Of a stretch of DNA of 37,352 nucleotides, positions 1 through 8,055 are shown one piece after another. Numbering within the stretch: position 1 is the stretch's first letter; each line of letters begins with the position of its first letter. Source of the stretch: Pseudomonadota bacterium (GTDB taxonomy: Bacteria > UBA10199 > 2-02-FULL-44-16 > JBDRGF01); contig JBDRGF010000058.1 in assembly GCA_043818055.1 (NCBI GenBank), positions 1 through 37,352 of the forward strand, read 5' to 3'. The translations under genes were made by a program, and so were the position numbers. The notes beneath the pieces are model-generated. The model saw only the letters and a list, made by a program, of their open reading frames with translations. It was not told the origin of the DNA and made no database searches.

Positions 1-102
1 AAAGGAAAAAAAGTTCCCGACGATGAAATGAAAAACTTAAGAATAAACAAGAACAAATTTCACGGGGAATGGAATTATACAATCAAGCCCAGAAAATTCT
101 AG
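1..102 (+). CDS. ISAzo13-family transposase, C-terminal fragment (starts before the window)
   Basis: Frame 1 from base 1 reads KGKKVPDDEMKNLRINKNKFHGEWNYTIKPRKF*; the FHGEWNYTI.P ending is characteristic of ISAzo13 (DDE_Tnp_ISAZ013) transposases. Not in the ORF track. Confidence 0.85.
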   Translation, partial: KGKKVPDDEMKNLRINKNKFHGEWNYTIKPRKF

Positions 103-138
103 CCTCAAGAACCTCAAGTTATTTTGTGACAGCTCCTA
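1..138 (+). mobile_element. Right end of an ISAzo13-family insertion sequence
   Basis: Transposase C-terminus followed by GTTATTTTGTGACAGCTCCT (~118-137), a plausible right terminal repeat. The left end is outside the window, so the boundary is unverified. Confidence 0.55.
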
Positions 139-246
139 AGAAGGCTTACTGATAATATCCGCCATTTTTTTCTGTAAATCCTGTTTCATCGAGGAATATT
201 GGTAACATTACACATGAAATTTGTCTATCCACAAAAAAGCAAAACA

Positions 247-345
247 GTCGCTAGTGGATTACTGGTTCGGGCGGTTCGCGAACCGCCCCTACTAGCCAAC
301 CGCTCTTGCTAGTAACCCACTAGCGACCAGCGACCAGCGACAGCT
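247..345. repeat. Composite palindromic repeat: GTAG-type REP nested in an inverted repeat with heptamer tail
   Basis: GTCGCTAGTGGATTACTGG (247-265) pairs 17/19 with 309-327; nested GGGCGGTTCGCGAACCGCCCCTAC (269-292, REP on minus strand); trailing ACCAGCG heptamers. Confidence 0.8.
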
Positions 346-807
346 CTATTTCAGTAGTACTCTCATCCCCACCTGAAGGGTGGAGTTTTTTTGTAGATTG
401 GCTACACCGCGAATCGTTCTCATGTGTGTGGCGTTTGCGCCGAATATCTCTTCGATGAGTGAGCTCGCACCATCGGCTACCTTGTCGTGATCGTAAAATC
501 CAACACCTGCTGCGATATCTATATCGATGCTGATGATCTTAGAGACCTTGTTCAGCGTCCCTTTGCAATGATGAGCGATGATGGCAAGATTCCAAATGCA
601 TGCGACCCTCGCCGCGTGTCGCGCCCTGTCGAGGTTGACCTCCGCGCCGACCCTTCCCTTTTCAACGAGCCGTCCGTCGGCGATCGGCAACTGTGGAGAG
701 ATGATCAGCTCCTTGCCAATCAGCGCGAATTGAGAAACGACACCCATGCCAGGTGTTATGAAAGGTAACTCGATATAAAGTTCCTGTAATTTTTTATCGT
801 AATCCAA
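346..807 (-). CDS. RidA/YjgF family protein
   Basis: 153 aa; QLP..DG.L...GRVG, AR..C..N, F.DH.KVADGAS.L..EIFG..A.H.R..GV..L pattern; TTG start with GGAGG upstream. Confidence 0.85.
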   Translation of the reverse strand: MDYDKKLQELYIELPFITPGMGVVSQFALIGKELIISPQLPIADGRLVEKGRVGAEVNLDRARHAARVACIWNLAIIAHHCKGTLNKVSKIISIDIDIAAGVGFYDHDKVADGASSLIEEIFGANATHMRTIRGVANLQKNSTLQVGMRVLLK

Positions 808-835
808 TTATAACCTCCAAAAAGCGCATGAAATT

Positions 836-904
836 CGTGAAGCGTGAAACGCCTTTCGAAAAAATACTCCTAGCGCTTCACGCTTCACGGGCGGACGCTT
901 CACG
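836..904. repeat. Inverted heptamer (CGTGAAG) repeat
   Basis: CGTGAAGCGTGAAACGC (836-852) pairs 16/17 with GCGCTTCACGCTTCACG (873-889); extra CGCTTCACG at ~896-904. Confidence 0.75.
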
Positions 905-912
905 TAATCATG

Positions 913-1689
913 CTACATGCGCCCTTTCCCTTTCGGCTTATACACATATACAAATACCAAAAATGGTGAGCCCTTCAAATTGCGGTATGCCTCTATTGCA
1001 TCGGGCGCGAAGAAGGATCTTACCTTATCATCGATGAAGAGCTCGCGAATGTTTACCACTCTGAGCCCCGTCGATTTGATCAGCTTATAATAATCTTCAA
1101 TGCCGTTGATCGTAGTTTTAATCGATCTCATCCTCTGTGATCCCTCTTTTGCGAACATGCTGTATGGATGAAAATCGACGATCACGCCCTGTCCTCCCGG
1201 CGTCAGTACCCGTGAAAACTCCTTCATGCCCCTGTTGAGATCCCCCTGCCGCGGGGTTGCGAGGTTAGCGACGAAGTAATCAAAGAATGCGTTGTTGAAG
1301 GGAAGGTTGGCGATTCCCCCTTTGACTTTAAGGCCCGTGCCTATATCCCCCTGTTCCCCCGCCACATTTCCTATCTCGCAGAAGAGCGCCAATTTCGCCC
1401 CCTGCTGCATCAGCTTTTCAGATACCAAAGCGCCGCCATCCGCGACCTCCAAAGTTGTTATCCCCTGCATCTTTGGGAGCGCTTCGATCAAAACCCGTTT
1501 GGCCCCATCATTTATGATCTTTAAAATTGTCTCGTCAGGCAGCTGGCTTTCGAGCGAGAGAATAGGCTGTAATCCGCTCTTTTTGCCAACGGAGATCTTC
1601 ATCTTTTTGAACTTCTCGATGACGCTTTCAACAAAGTTGCCAAGCGTTAGCACGAATCTCTTTAGAATTTTTTTTATTTTTTGTTCCAT
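913..1689 (-). CDS. Class I SAM-dependent methyltransferase-fold protein
   Basis: 258 aa; LPF....FD motif and KEFSRVLTPGG..VIVDFHP typical of Methyltransf_11 proteins; motif I is degenerate (LEVADGGA). Confidence 0.7.
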   Translation of the reverse strand: MEQKIKKILKRFVLTLGNFVESVIEKFKKMKISVGKKSGLQPILSLESQLPDETILKIINDGAKRVLIEALPKMQGITTLEVADGGALVSEKLMQQGAKLALFCEIGNVAGEQGDIGTGLKVKGGIANLPFNNAFFDYFVANLATPRQGDLNRGMKEFSRVLTPGGQGVIVDFHPYSMFAKEGSQRMRSIKTTINGIEDYYKLIKSTGLRVVNIRELFIDDKVRSFFAPDAIEAYRNLKGSPFLVFVYVYKPKGKGRM

Positions 1690-1707
1690 GGTTAAAAACC
1701 CAAAAGC

Positions 1708-1792
1708 GTATATGGCATATAGTATGTAGCATATGGTGAAAATCTTTTTACACTTGTTTCTGACTATATACCATATGCCATATACTATATAC
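1708..1792. repeat. Inverted heptamer (YATATRG) repeat
   Basis: GTATATGGCATATAGTATGTAGCATATGGT (1708-1737) and a complementary run ACTATATACCATATGCCATATACTATATAC (1763-1792). Confidence 0.75.
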
Positions 1793-1878
1793 CTTGATTC
1801 TAATAAACAACTTGTATTTTTTCTTTACCTGTTGTTAAAAAACAATTTCATATTAGGAACCTCTGAAAAATCATTGTT

Positions 1879-1974
1879 TGTCATTCTGAGCGAAGCGAAG
1901 AATCTTGTTCTTTCGGACACTTAAGATCCTTCACGGAGTTTACCCTTGAGCATAGCGAAGGGTTCAGGATGACA
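1879..1974. repeat. Palindromic intergenic element TGTCATTCTGAGCGAAGCGAAGAATCT...TCAGGATGACA
   Basis: Terminal arms TGTCATTCTGA / TCAGGATGACA, inner GAAGAATCT / AGATCCTTC pairing and a nested CCCTT..AAGGG hairpin; shape of a widespread dispersed repeat class. Confidence 0.75.
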
Positions 1975-2023
1975 ACCATAAGGTGTTTTTCAACAGACCC
2001 ATTATAGATAGGAGCCGATCAAG

Positions 2024-3520
2024 ATGAATATTATTAAATCGCAGCAACAAAAACTTTTTGAAGTGAAGGCAGATCTTATTGCCATAGGCGCTTTCAATAC
2101 GAAGGATGGCTTTGAGCTTCGCGACGAGGATGGCGGATCTGAATTGGATAAACATCTGAACGCCAAAATATCGAACCTGCTCAAAGAGGAGGGCTTTAGG
2201 GCTGATAAAAATTCTTTCAGGCTCATCCCTGCGTTGGGGCTGCTATCCGCGCAATATCTGCTGGTCGTAGGTTTGGGAGATACGAAAAAATTATCCCTCG
2301 ATGATATAAGGATGTCGGGTGGAGTGATCGCAAAACAGGCCACAGTTTGTAAGGCGAAAGAGGTTGCGTTTGTATTGGAATCCGCGCAGTTGGCGAATAC
2401 CGGGGAGAGCCTCAGGCTGGAGGCTCTTCTGACAGGCCTTCTTCTTGGGCAGTATCGCTTCGACAGATACAAAAAGAAAATCGACGATCTTTATCCTCAG
2501 AAAGTCGAGGTGTTGACTGCTCTGGATGAAAAGGGACTCTCAAAAGCCTTAGAGTCGGCATCGATCACAGCCCTCTCTCAGAATATGGCCAGAACTTTGA
2601 GCAACACGCCGGCCAACGATCTGACACCCTTTGGCCTTGTCGAAGTAGCAAAGAGGATCGAAAAGGAATTTGATACTATTAAATGTGAGATCTGGGACAA
2701 GAAACGGCTCGCCGAGGAGCGCATGAACCTTGTCCTGGCTGTAGCAAAGGGAAGCGCAGAGGATCCATATCTCATCAAGCTTCAATATAAGCCTCAAAAG
2801 TCGTCGAAAAAAATCGCACTTGTCGGCAAAGGGGTTGTATTCGACAGCGGTGGCCTTTCGTTGAAGTCGAGCGACAACATGGAGGATATGAAAACTGATA
2901 TGGAGGGTGGCGCTATCGTTTTGGCTGTCATGAAGGCTATTGGAAAGTTAAAGCCAGACGTCGAGATCACGGCTTATATCCCGGCAGTTGAAAATATGCC
3001 GGATGGAGCGGCTGTTCGCATCGGCGATGTGATAACCGCGAGAAACGGCACGACCGTTGAGATGACAAATACCGACGCCGAGGGGCGTCTCATCATGGCA
3101 GATGCCCTTGCTTTGGCCGTTGAAACAAAGCCCGATCTTATAATCGACGTGGCAACGCTGACTGGGTCAGCATTAGCAGCCCTTGGCCAGAACTACACAG
3201 TGATGCTGGGGAACGATCAGTCTAGCATTGAAGCCTTTAAAAAGGCGTGCTCGACGGCCGGCGAAAAGGTATGGCAGCTGCCGCTCGAAGAGGAGTATAA
3301 AGAGGATCTCACCAAAGGGATCGCAGATATAAAAAACTCAGTTAAATCAAAGGGTCAGACGATAATCGCCGCCCTCTTCCTGCACGAGTTCGTAGGCTCG
3401 ACCCCATGGATACATCTCGATATCGCATCCAACCATTGTGCCGACGACAAGATACCGATCATGAAAAAGGGCTCAAGCGGCAGAATGACGAGAAGTTTGA
3501 TTCAATTTCTCCGTGGATAA
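2024..3520 (+). CDS. pepA: Leucyl aminopeptidase (M17)
   Basis: 498 aa; VGKGVVFDSGG, MKTDM, NTDAEGRL, DVATLTG, W.HLDIA motifs. Confidence 0.95.
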   Translation: MNIIKSQQQKLFEVKADLIAIGAFNTKDGFELRDEDGGSELDKHLNAKISNLLKEEGFRADKNSFRLIPALGLLSAQYLLVVGLGDTKKLSLDDIRMSGGVIAKQATVCKAKEVAFVLESAQLANTGESLRLEALLTGLLLGQYRFDRYKKKIDDLYPQKVEVLTALDEKGLSKALESASITALSQNMARTLSNTPANDLTPFGLVEVAKRIEKEFDTIKCEIWDKKRLAEERMNLVLAVAKGSAEDPYLIKLQYKPQKSSKKIALVGKGVVFDSGGLSLKSSDNMEDMKTDMEGGAIVLAVMKAIGKLKPDVEITAYIPAVENMPDGAAVRIGDVITARNGTTVEMTNTDAEGRLIMADALALAVETKPDLIIDVATLTGSALAALGQNYTVMLGNDQSSIEAFKKACSTAGEKVWQLPLEEEYKEDLTKGIADIKNSVKSKGQTIIAALFLHEFVGSTPWIHLDIASNHCADDKIPIMKKGSSGRMTRSLIQFLRG

Positions 3521-3835
3521 TCCTTTAACATATTGTTATTATTAAGCTTTCATAAATATCCATCAATATCACCCCTTTTTAATAGTTAAATCTCTATTAA
3601 TTATTTGCAAAATAACCTGTAATTGATATATTTTTAACAAATATCAATTATTTTATCATTAAATTAGCTTAAAATAAGAAGTCTTTTGTATATTTAATTT
3701 TAACTTTTTTATTTATAAAATATAATAATTTATAGTTAAAATAATGGTTTTTTAACAAAATGTCGTGTAAAAATATCTATTTTAATAATTTTGTACTCTA
3801 AATTAAAACATTTTTAAATCATATGGGAGAACACA

Positions 3836-5062
3836 ATGATTCATTCATTCACCTTTAAGAATTTTTGCTCTTTTTCCGGGGAAACTACAGTTAGTTTTAA
3901 AGATATTCGGAGCGGACAGGAAACTCAGAGCAATATGTTTGTTGATAGCCCGGCAGGTGTTTGTTTGAGTAAGATATCAACTGTTATAGGGCCGAATGCA
4001 TCAGGTAAAACAAATGTATTAAAAGCTTTGGTTTTTTTAAGCTGGTTCGTTCGCAATTCATTTGTTCGATTTGAGGGAGAAGGAGAAAAAATACCTGTAG
4101 ATACTTTTGCTTTTTCAGATCAGGCAGAAGGGACATCAGAATTTGAAATAGAATTTGAGCACAAGGCGGAGATTTATAAGTATCTGCTTCATCTATGTCA
4201 TACTCATGTCATAAAAGAGGAATTATACAGAAAAGATAAAAGGACCAATCATTTTAATTATTTATTTAAACGCGCCTGGAATGAATCTGATCAACGGTCT
4301 GAAATAACACAAAGAATTAATTTAAAGACAGAAGTTGTTAAAGAAATTTTGAGGAAGAATGTCTCTCTTATAGCAGCGTCAGTAGCTATTAAGAATGATT
4401 TTCTCTCTGATATGGCGTTCTTCTGGACAAAAATTATCAGCAATGTAAATCGGATTGGTAAATCCTGGGATACTGTATCTTTGGGGAAAGGTCTATTTCA
4501 TGCAGCCAAAGAATATAATGAAAATAGAGATTTATTAAATAAGGTTGTACATTTTTTGAAAGATATCGATTTGGGTTTAGACGATATCAGGATTGAAGAG
4601 GGAGAGTCTCAAAATACAGCGACAGGGGAGACAAAAAAAATATATCTGCCTTATGGTGTACATTTGGTCGATGGAAAAGAATATCAATTGCCATTTGCTT
4701 ATGAGTCTAGTGGTACAAAGAACATGTTTGTCCTGTTGCATTTCCTTTTGCCGGCGATTGAACAGGGTGGGATTGCTATAATTGATGAGTTGGAAGTAGA
4801 TTTACATCCACATGCTGTGCCCAGGATTATCGAGTTGTTTCAAAATCCTGCAACAAATCCCAAACACACACAACTATTATTCACTACTCATTCGCTTGAG
4901 GTGTTGAGCCATTTGGAAAAAGAGCAGGTAATCTTAGTTGAAAAAAACAGAGAATGTAGAAGTGAAACTTATAGATTGGATGACATAAAAGGTGTTCGAA
5001 GAGATGATAATATTTATGCCAAGTATATGTCTGGTGCTTACGGGGCGATACCGAATATTTAA
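3836..5062 (+). CDS. AAA/ABC-type ATPase (AAA_21, RloA/AbiEii-associated type)
   Basis: 408 aa; FKNFCSF N-terminus, Walker A GPNASGKT, signature ESSGT, Walker B IIDELE..LHP, QLLFTTH, C-terminal Y..G.YGAIP. AT-rich context. Confidence 0.9.
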   Translation: MIHSFTFKNFCSFSGETTVSFKDIRSGQETQSNMFVDSPAGVCLSKISTVIGPNASGKTNVLKALVFLSWFVRNSFVRFEGEGEKIPVDTFAFSDQAEGTSEFEIEFEHKAEIYKYLLHLCHTHVIKEELYRKDKRTNHFNYLFKRAWNESDQRSEITQRINLKTEVVKEILRKNVSLIAASVAIKNDFLSDMAFFWTKIISNVNRIGKSWDTVSLGKGLFHAAKEYNENRDLLNKVVHFLKDIDLGLDDIRIEEGESQNTATGETKKIYLPYGVHLVDGKEYQLPFAYESSGTKNMFVLLHFLLPAIEQGGIAIIDELEVDLHPHAVPRIIELFQNPATNPKHTQLLFTTHSLEVLSHLEKEQVILVEKNRECRSETYRLDDIKGVRRDDNIYAKYMSGAYGAIPNI

Positions 5063-5073
5063 AAGGAGATATT

Positions 5074-5199
5074 ATGGTAGCGCAACGGAAAAAAACGGAA
5101 AAGCGTTCTTATAGTTGTTTGTTTCCAAAGGAGTTGTTAGAAAATAGAAGAGGGGTTGTTGTTGAATTGAATTCTATTTTAAAAGCTATGGATGTATGA
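5074..5199 (+). pseudogene. Collapsed remnant of a probable RloB-like partner gene
   Basis: AAGGAG RBS and ATG 11 nt after the ATPase stop; only 41 codons (MVAQRKKTEKRSYSCLFPKELLENRRGVVVELNSILKAMDV); removing one A from the A7 run gives RKKRKSVLIV, an RloB-like start. Family call is inference. Confidence 0.45.
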
Positions 5200-5430
5200 A
5201 ATACTAGTGCTTCGTCAATTTAATTACCACAGGTGGTATATGATAAATATTAAATTGTTACGAGCACTTGTGCCCTTCCTCAGTATAGAAAATTTAATTG
5301 ATGAGGTACTAGTGGAATCATGCTTGTGAGGAGATCGGAATTGACTCAAGACGAGTTTCCATTTTAATTTGAAGCTCAGTTCAATTTTTTCCCTTTACAC
5401 CCCCACCCCCCTCAAGTTATCAAGCGAACC

Positions 5431-6072
5431 GTGACTAAAAAGGGACTATTTATCACATTCGAAGGCATTGAGGGATGCGGCAAATCGACTCAGATCAAGC
5501 TTTTGGCCGATTTCCTTAAAAAGGAGGGGAGTCAGGTTCTCCTCACACGAGAGCCGGGCGGAACCTCGATCGGCGATAAGATAAGAGAGATACTGCTCGA
5601 CCCTGAAAATGCCGGCATGAGTGCAAGGTGTGAGCTTTTGCTCTATTCGGCATCCCGTCATCAGCACGTTTCTGAAAAGATCATTCCCTCCCTTAAAAAG
5701 GGGATGGTCGTTTTATCCGACCGTTTTTTCGATGCGACTCAGGCTTATCAGGGTGCAGCTAGAAAATTGTCGGGCGATCTTGTGGAGGAGTGTCGCAGGA
5801 TTGCCACAGAGGGAATCGATCCGGATCTGACCTTCATTCTCGATCTTCCCGCGAAGGAGGGGTTGAACCGGATATCGAGCCGTTACGATAAAGATGGCGG
5901 AGGCGCCGACAGGCTGGAGAGCGAGGATATCGGATTTCACGAACGTGTCAGGGAGGGATATCTTCAGATAGCAAAAAGAGAACCAAAACGCGTTGTTGTA
6001 ATCGACGCCAAAAAAACAGTAGATGAGATACATGAGGAAATAGTAAAGAAACTGTCGCTGATTGGTTACTAG
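5431..6072 (+). CDS. tmk: Thymidylate kinase
   Basis: GLFITFEGIEGCGKSTQ, TREPGG, DRF..AT.AYQG, PDLT motifs. Confidence 0.97.
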   Translation: MTKKGLFITFEGIEGCGKSTQIKLLADFLKKEGSQVLLTREPGGTSIGDKIREILLDPENAGMSARCELLLYSASRHQHVSEKIIPSLKKGMVVLSDRFFDATQAYQGAARKLSGDLVEECRRIATEGIDPDLTFILDLPAKEGLNRISSRYDKDGGGADRLESEDIGFHERVREGYLQIAKREPKRVVVIDAKKTVDEIHEEIVKKLSLIGY

Positions 6073-6149
6073 TAGGGGCGGTTCGCGAACCGCCCGTACG
6101 CTGAATAACCAGCAACCAACTAGCGACAAGTCAACCAGCGACCAGCAAC
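6054..6149. repeat. Composite repeat: GTAG-type REP within heptamer repeat, related to 247-345
   Basis: GTAGGGGCGGTTCGCGAACCGCCCGTAC (6072-6099) has the same core as 269-292; flanked by GTCGCTGATTGGTTACTAG and ACCAGC/ACTAGCG heptamers. Confidence 0.85.
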
Positions 6150-6157
6150 GGGTTTAA

Positions 6158-7108
6158 ATGTTAAACATTCTCGAACATAAGCGTCAGATGGAGCAGCTTG
6201 AATCGGCGATCGGCGCTGGCAAGATCGCGAACGCCTATCTCTTTCATGGCCAGAATGGCGTTGGCAAGATGCTTGTAGCCAAGGCCTTTGCGGCAATACT
6301 TGCCTGCGTTTCTTCCACCAAACCGTGTGGTGAATGCATCGGGTGTAAAAAGGTCGAGAACAAAACTCACCCTGATGTGCTTTTCAGGGAGCCGACAGGC
6401 GAGAAGCTTCTGACGATATCGATTGATGATATCAGAAGTTTAAATCGCGATATTCAGTTTCATCCGATGGAGATGAAGAACAAGGTGGCTATCATAAGGG
6501 ATGCCGAGATGATGACTCAGGCCGCGCAGAATTCGCTCCTGAAACTTTTGGAGGAGCCTCCTGCAAATACGCATTTGATACTAGTCACAGGCAGCCTTGG
6601 CGCGATCCTTCCGACTATCAGATCTCGTTGTCAGAAGATCGCCTTCTCATCGATCAGCGAGGCTGCGATTGTCGGCAAACTCATGGAGATGGATATCGAA
6701 GAGGTTCAGGCCTTGAAGATTGCGCGCATTGCCGAAGGGAGTCTGGGTGTGGCGACGAAGCTCTCTGTCGATCTGATCGATGGAGTCGTTGAAAAATTTT
6801 TGACGATTGCGCTGGGGGGTAGCTCTGCGGATGTTCTGGCATTGGCGGAAGAGTGGTCGAATGCCGAGGAGGCACCATCGCTCATCTGCGATATTCTCAT
6901 ATCATTATATAGGGATGCAACAAAAAGGTTGTCATCCCTTGACGGGTACAGGCCGATCTATACCAATTCACTTTCAATATCGATGGATGAAGGCCTTTCA
7001 ATCATCGAAAAACTTATAGGAGTCAGGGAACTCTTGATGAATTCTACCGTTAATAAACGGTTGATATTTGAATCCCTCTTGTTTAGTCTCCCGAGCGCAA
7101 AATTATGA
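6158..7108 (+). CDS. holB: DNA polymerase III subunit delta'
   Basis: AYLFHG..GVGK, zinc module C...PCGECIGC, HPD, NSLLKLLEEPP, LPTIRSRC; position after tmk. Confidence 0.95.
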   Translation: MLNILEHKRQMEQLESAIGAGKIANAYLFHGQNGVGKMLVAKAFAAILACVSSTKPCGECIGCKKVENKTHPDVLFREPTGEKLLTISIDDIRSLNRDIQFHPMEMKNKVAIIRDAEMMTQAAQNSLLKLLEEPPANTHLILVTGSLGAILPTIRSRCQKIAFSSISEAAIVGKLMEMDIEEVQALKIARIAEGSLGVATKLSVDLIDGVVEKFLTIALGGSSADVLALAEEWSNAEEAPSLICDILISLYRDATKRLSSLDGYRPIYTNSLSISMDEGLSIIEKLIGVRELLMNSTVNKRLIFESLLFSLPSAKL

Positions 7109-8055
7109 ATCAAAACGAATCAGAAAATAAACAGGAATTTTATTCTATCGGTGTGCAGTTCCAAATTGCGGGCAAGCTCTACACCTTCATGACCGACATG
7201 TCCGATCTCTCACTTGGAGAGAGCGTGATCGTCGATTCCAGCGGAAGCCCCAAGCTCGGTTATATAGCCGGACATCCGAAGCTCATCGTGAGCGAGAAAG
7301 AGACAAAGACGCTCAAAAAGGTTTTGAGGCGCGCGACCCCAGATGACGTGGCGCTCGAGCAGGAGCGAAGGGAAGAGGCGATCGAGGCCTCTGTGGTCTG
7401 CAAGGAGAGGATAAAAGAACACCTCCTTCCCATGAAGCTCGTGGACGCCGAGATGGTCGAAGATGGCAAAAAGGTGCTCTTCACCTTTTTCGCCGAGGAT
7501 CGTGTCGATTTCAGGGAGCTGGTCAAGGATCTGGCCAAGACTCTGAAGAAGAGGATAGAGTTGCGCCAGATCGGCGCGCGAGACGCCGCGAAATTCAATG
7601 GCTGTTTCGCCTCGTGTGGCCGCATGACATGCTGTTCGACGCATCTTAGGGAATTTGAATCTATATCCATCGGCATGGCGAAAAATCAGGGTCTCTCCCC
7701 AAATCCGCTAAAGCTGACAGGGATGTGCAATAAGTTAAAGTGCTGCCTGCTCTATGAAAACGAAACCTACTTAGCGCTCAAGAAAGGTTTTCCAAAATTG
7801 GGAAAAACGATCGACACGCCACGCGGCAGAGGCAAGGTTGTTCAGTTGAATATCCTGCAGGGAAAATTTCGTGTGAAGCTTCTTGATGCCGACGAGGAGA
7901 TGTCGATGACACTCAAAGATCTCGACGCACCGAGGGATGAAGAATATATGGCTGCGCGGAAGAAAAGGGAAGAGTCTGCACAGAGGGGTGCCAAAAGATC
8001 GGACGAGAGGCGAGAGAAAAGAGAGAGACGTGAAAAAAGGAAGCCCAGCCGATGA
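7105..8055 (+). CDS. ricT: PSP1/RicT (YaaT) family protein
   Basis: RVDFRELVKDLA...K.RIELRQIGARD, CGR..CC, KL.G.C.KLKCCL.YE; conserved tmk-holB-yaaT-metG order. Confidence 0.9.
   Translation: MNQNESENKQEFYSIGVQFQIAGKLYTFMTDMSDLSLGESVIVDSSGSPKLGYIAGHPKLIVSEKETKTLKKVLRRATPDDVALEQERREEAIEASVVCKERIKEHLLPMKLVDAEMVEDGKKVLFTFFAEDRVDFRELVKDLAKTLKKRIELRQIGARDAAKFNGCFASCGRMTCCSTHLREFESISIGMAKNQGLSPNPLKLTGMCNKLKCCLLYENETYLALKKGFPKLGKTIDTPRGRGKVVQLNILQGKFRVKLLDADEEMSMTLKDLDAPRDEEYMAARKKREESAQRGAKRSDERREKRERREKRKPSR

Noticed and set aside
1854..2000. IS/MITE-like ends (GGAACCTCTGAAAAA and TTTTTCAACAGACCC; similar GAGACCTCTAAAAACT at 10745-10760)
   Set aside because: The two ends pair poorly and no target duplication is visible; suggestive only.
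5200..5370. Possible decayed HicA-like toxin gene (fragments HRWY, LPQYR, CEEIGI)
   Set aside because: Needs several frameshifts; similarity too weak to support without a search.
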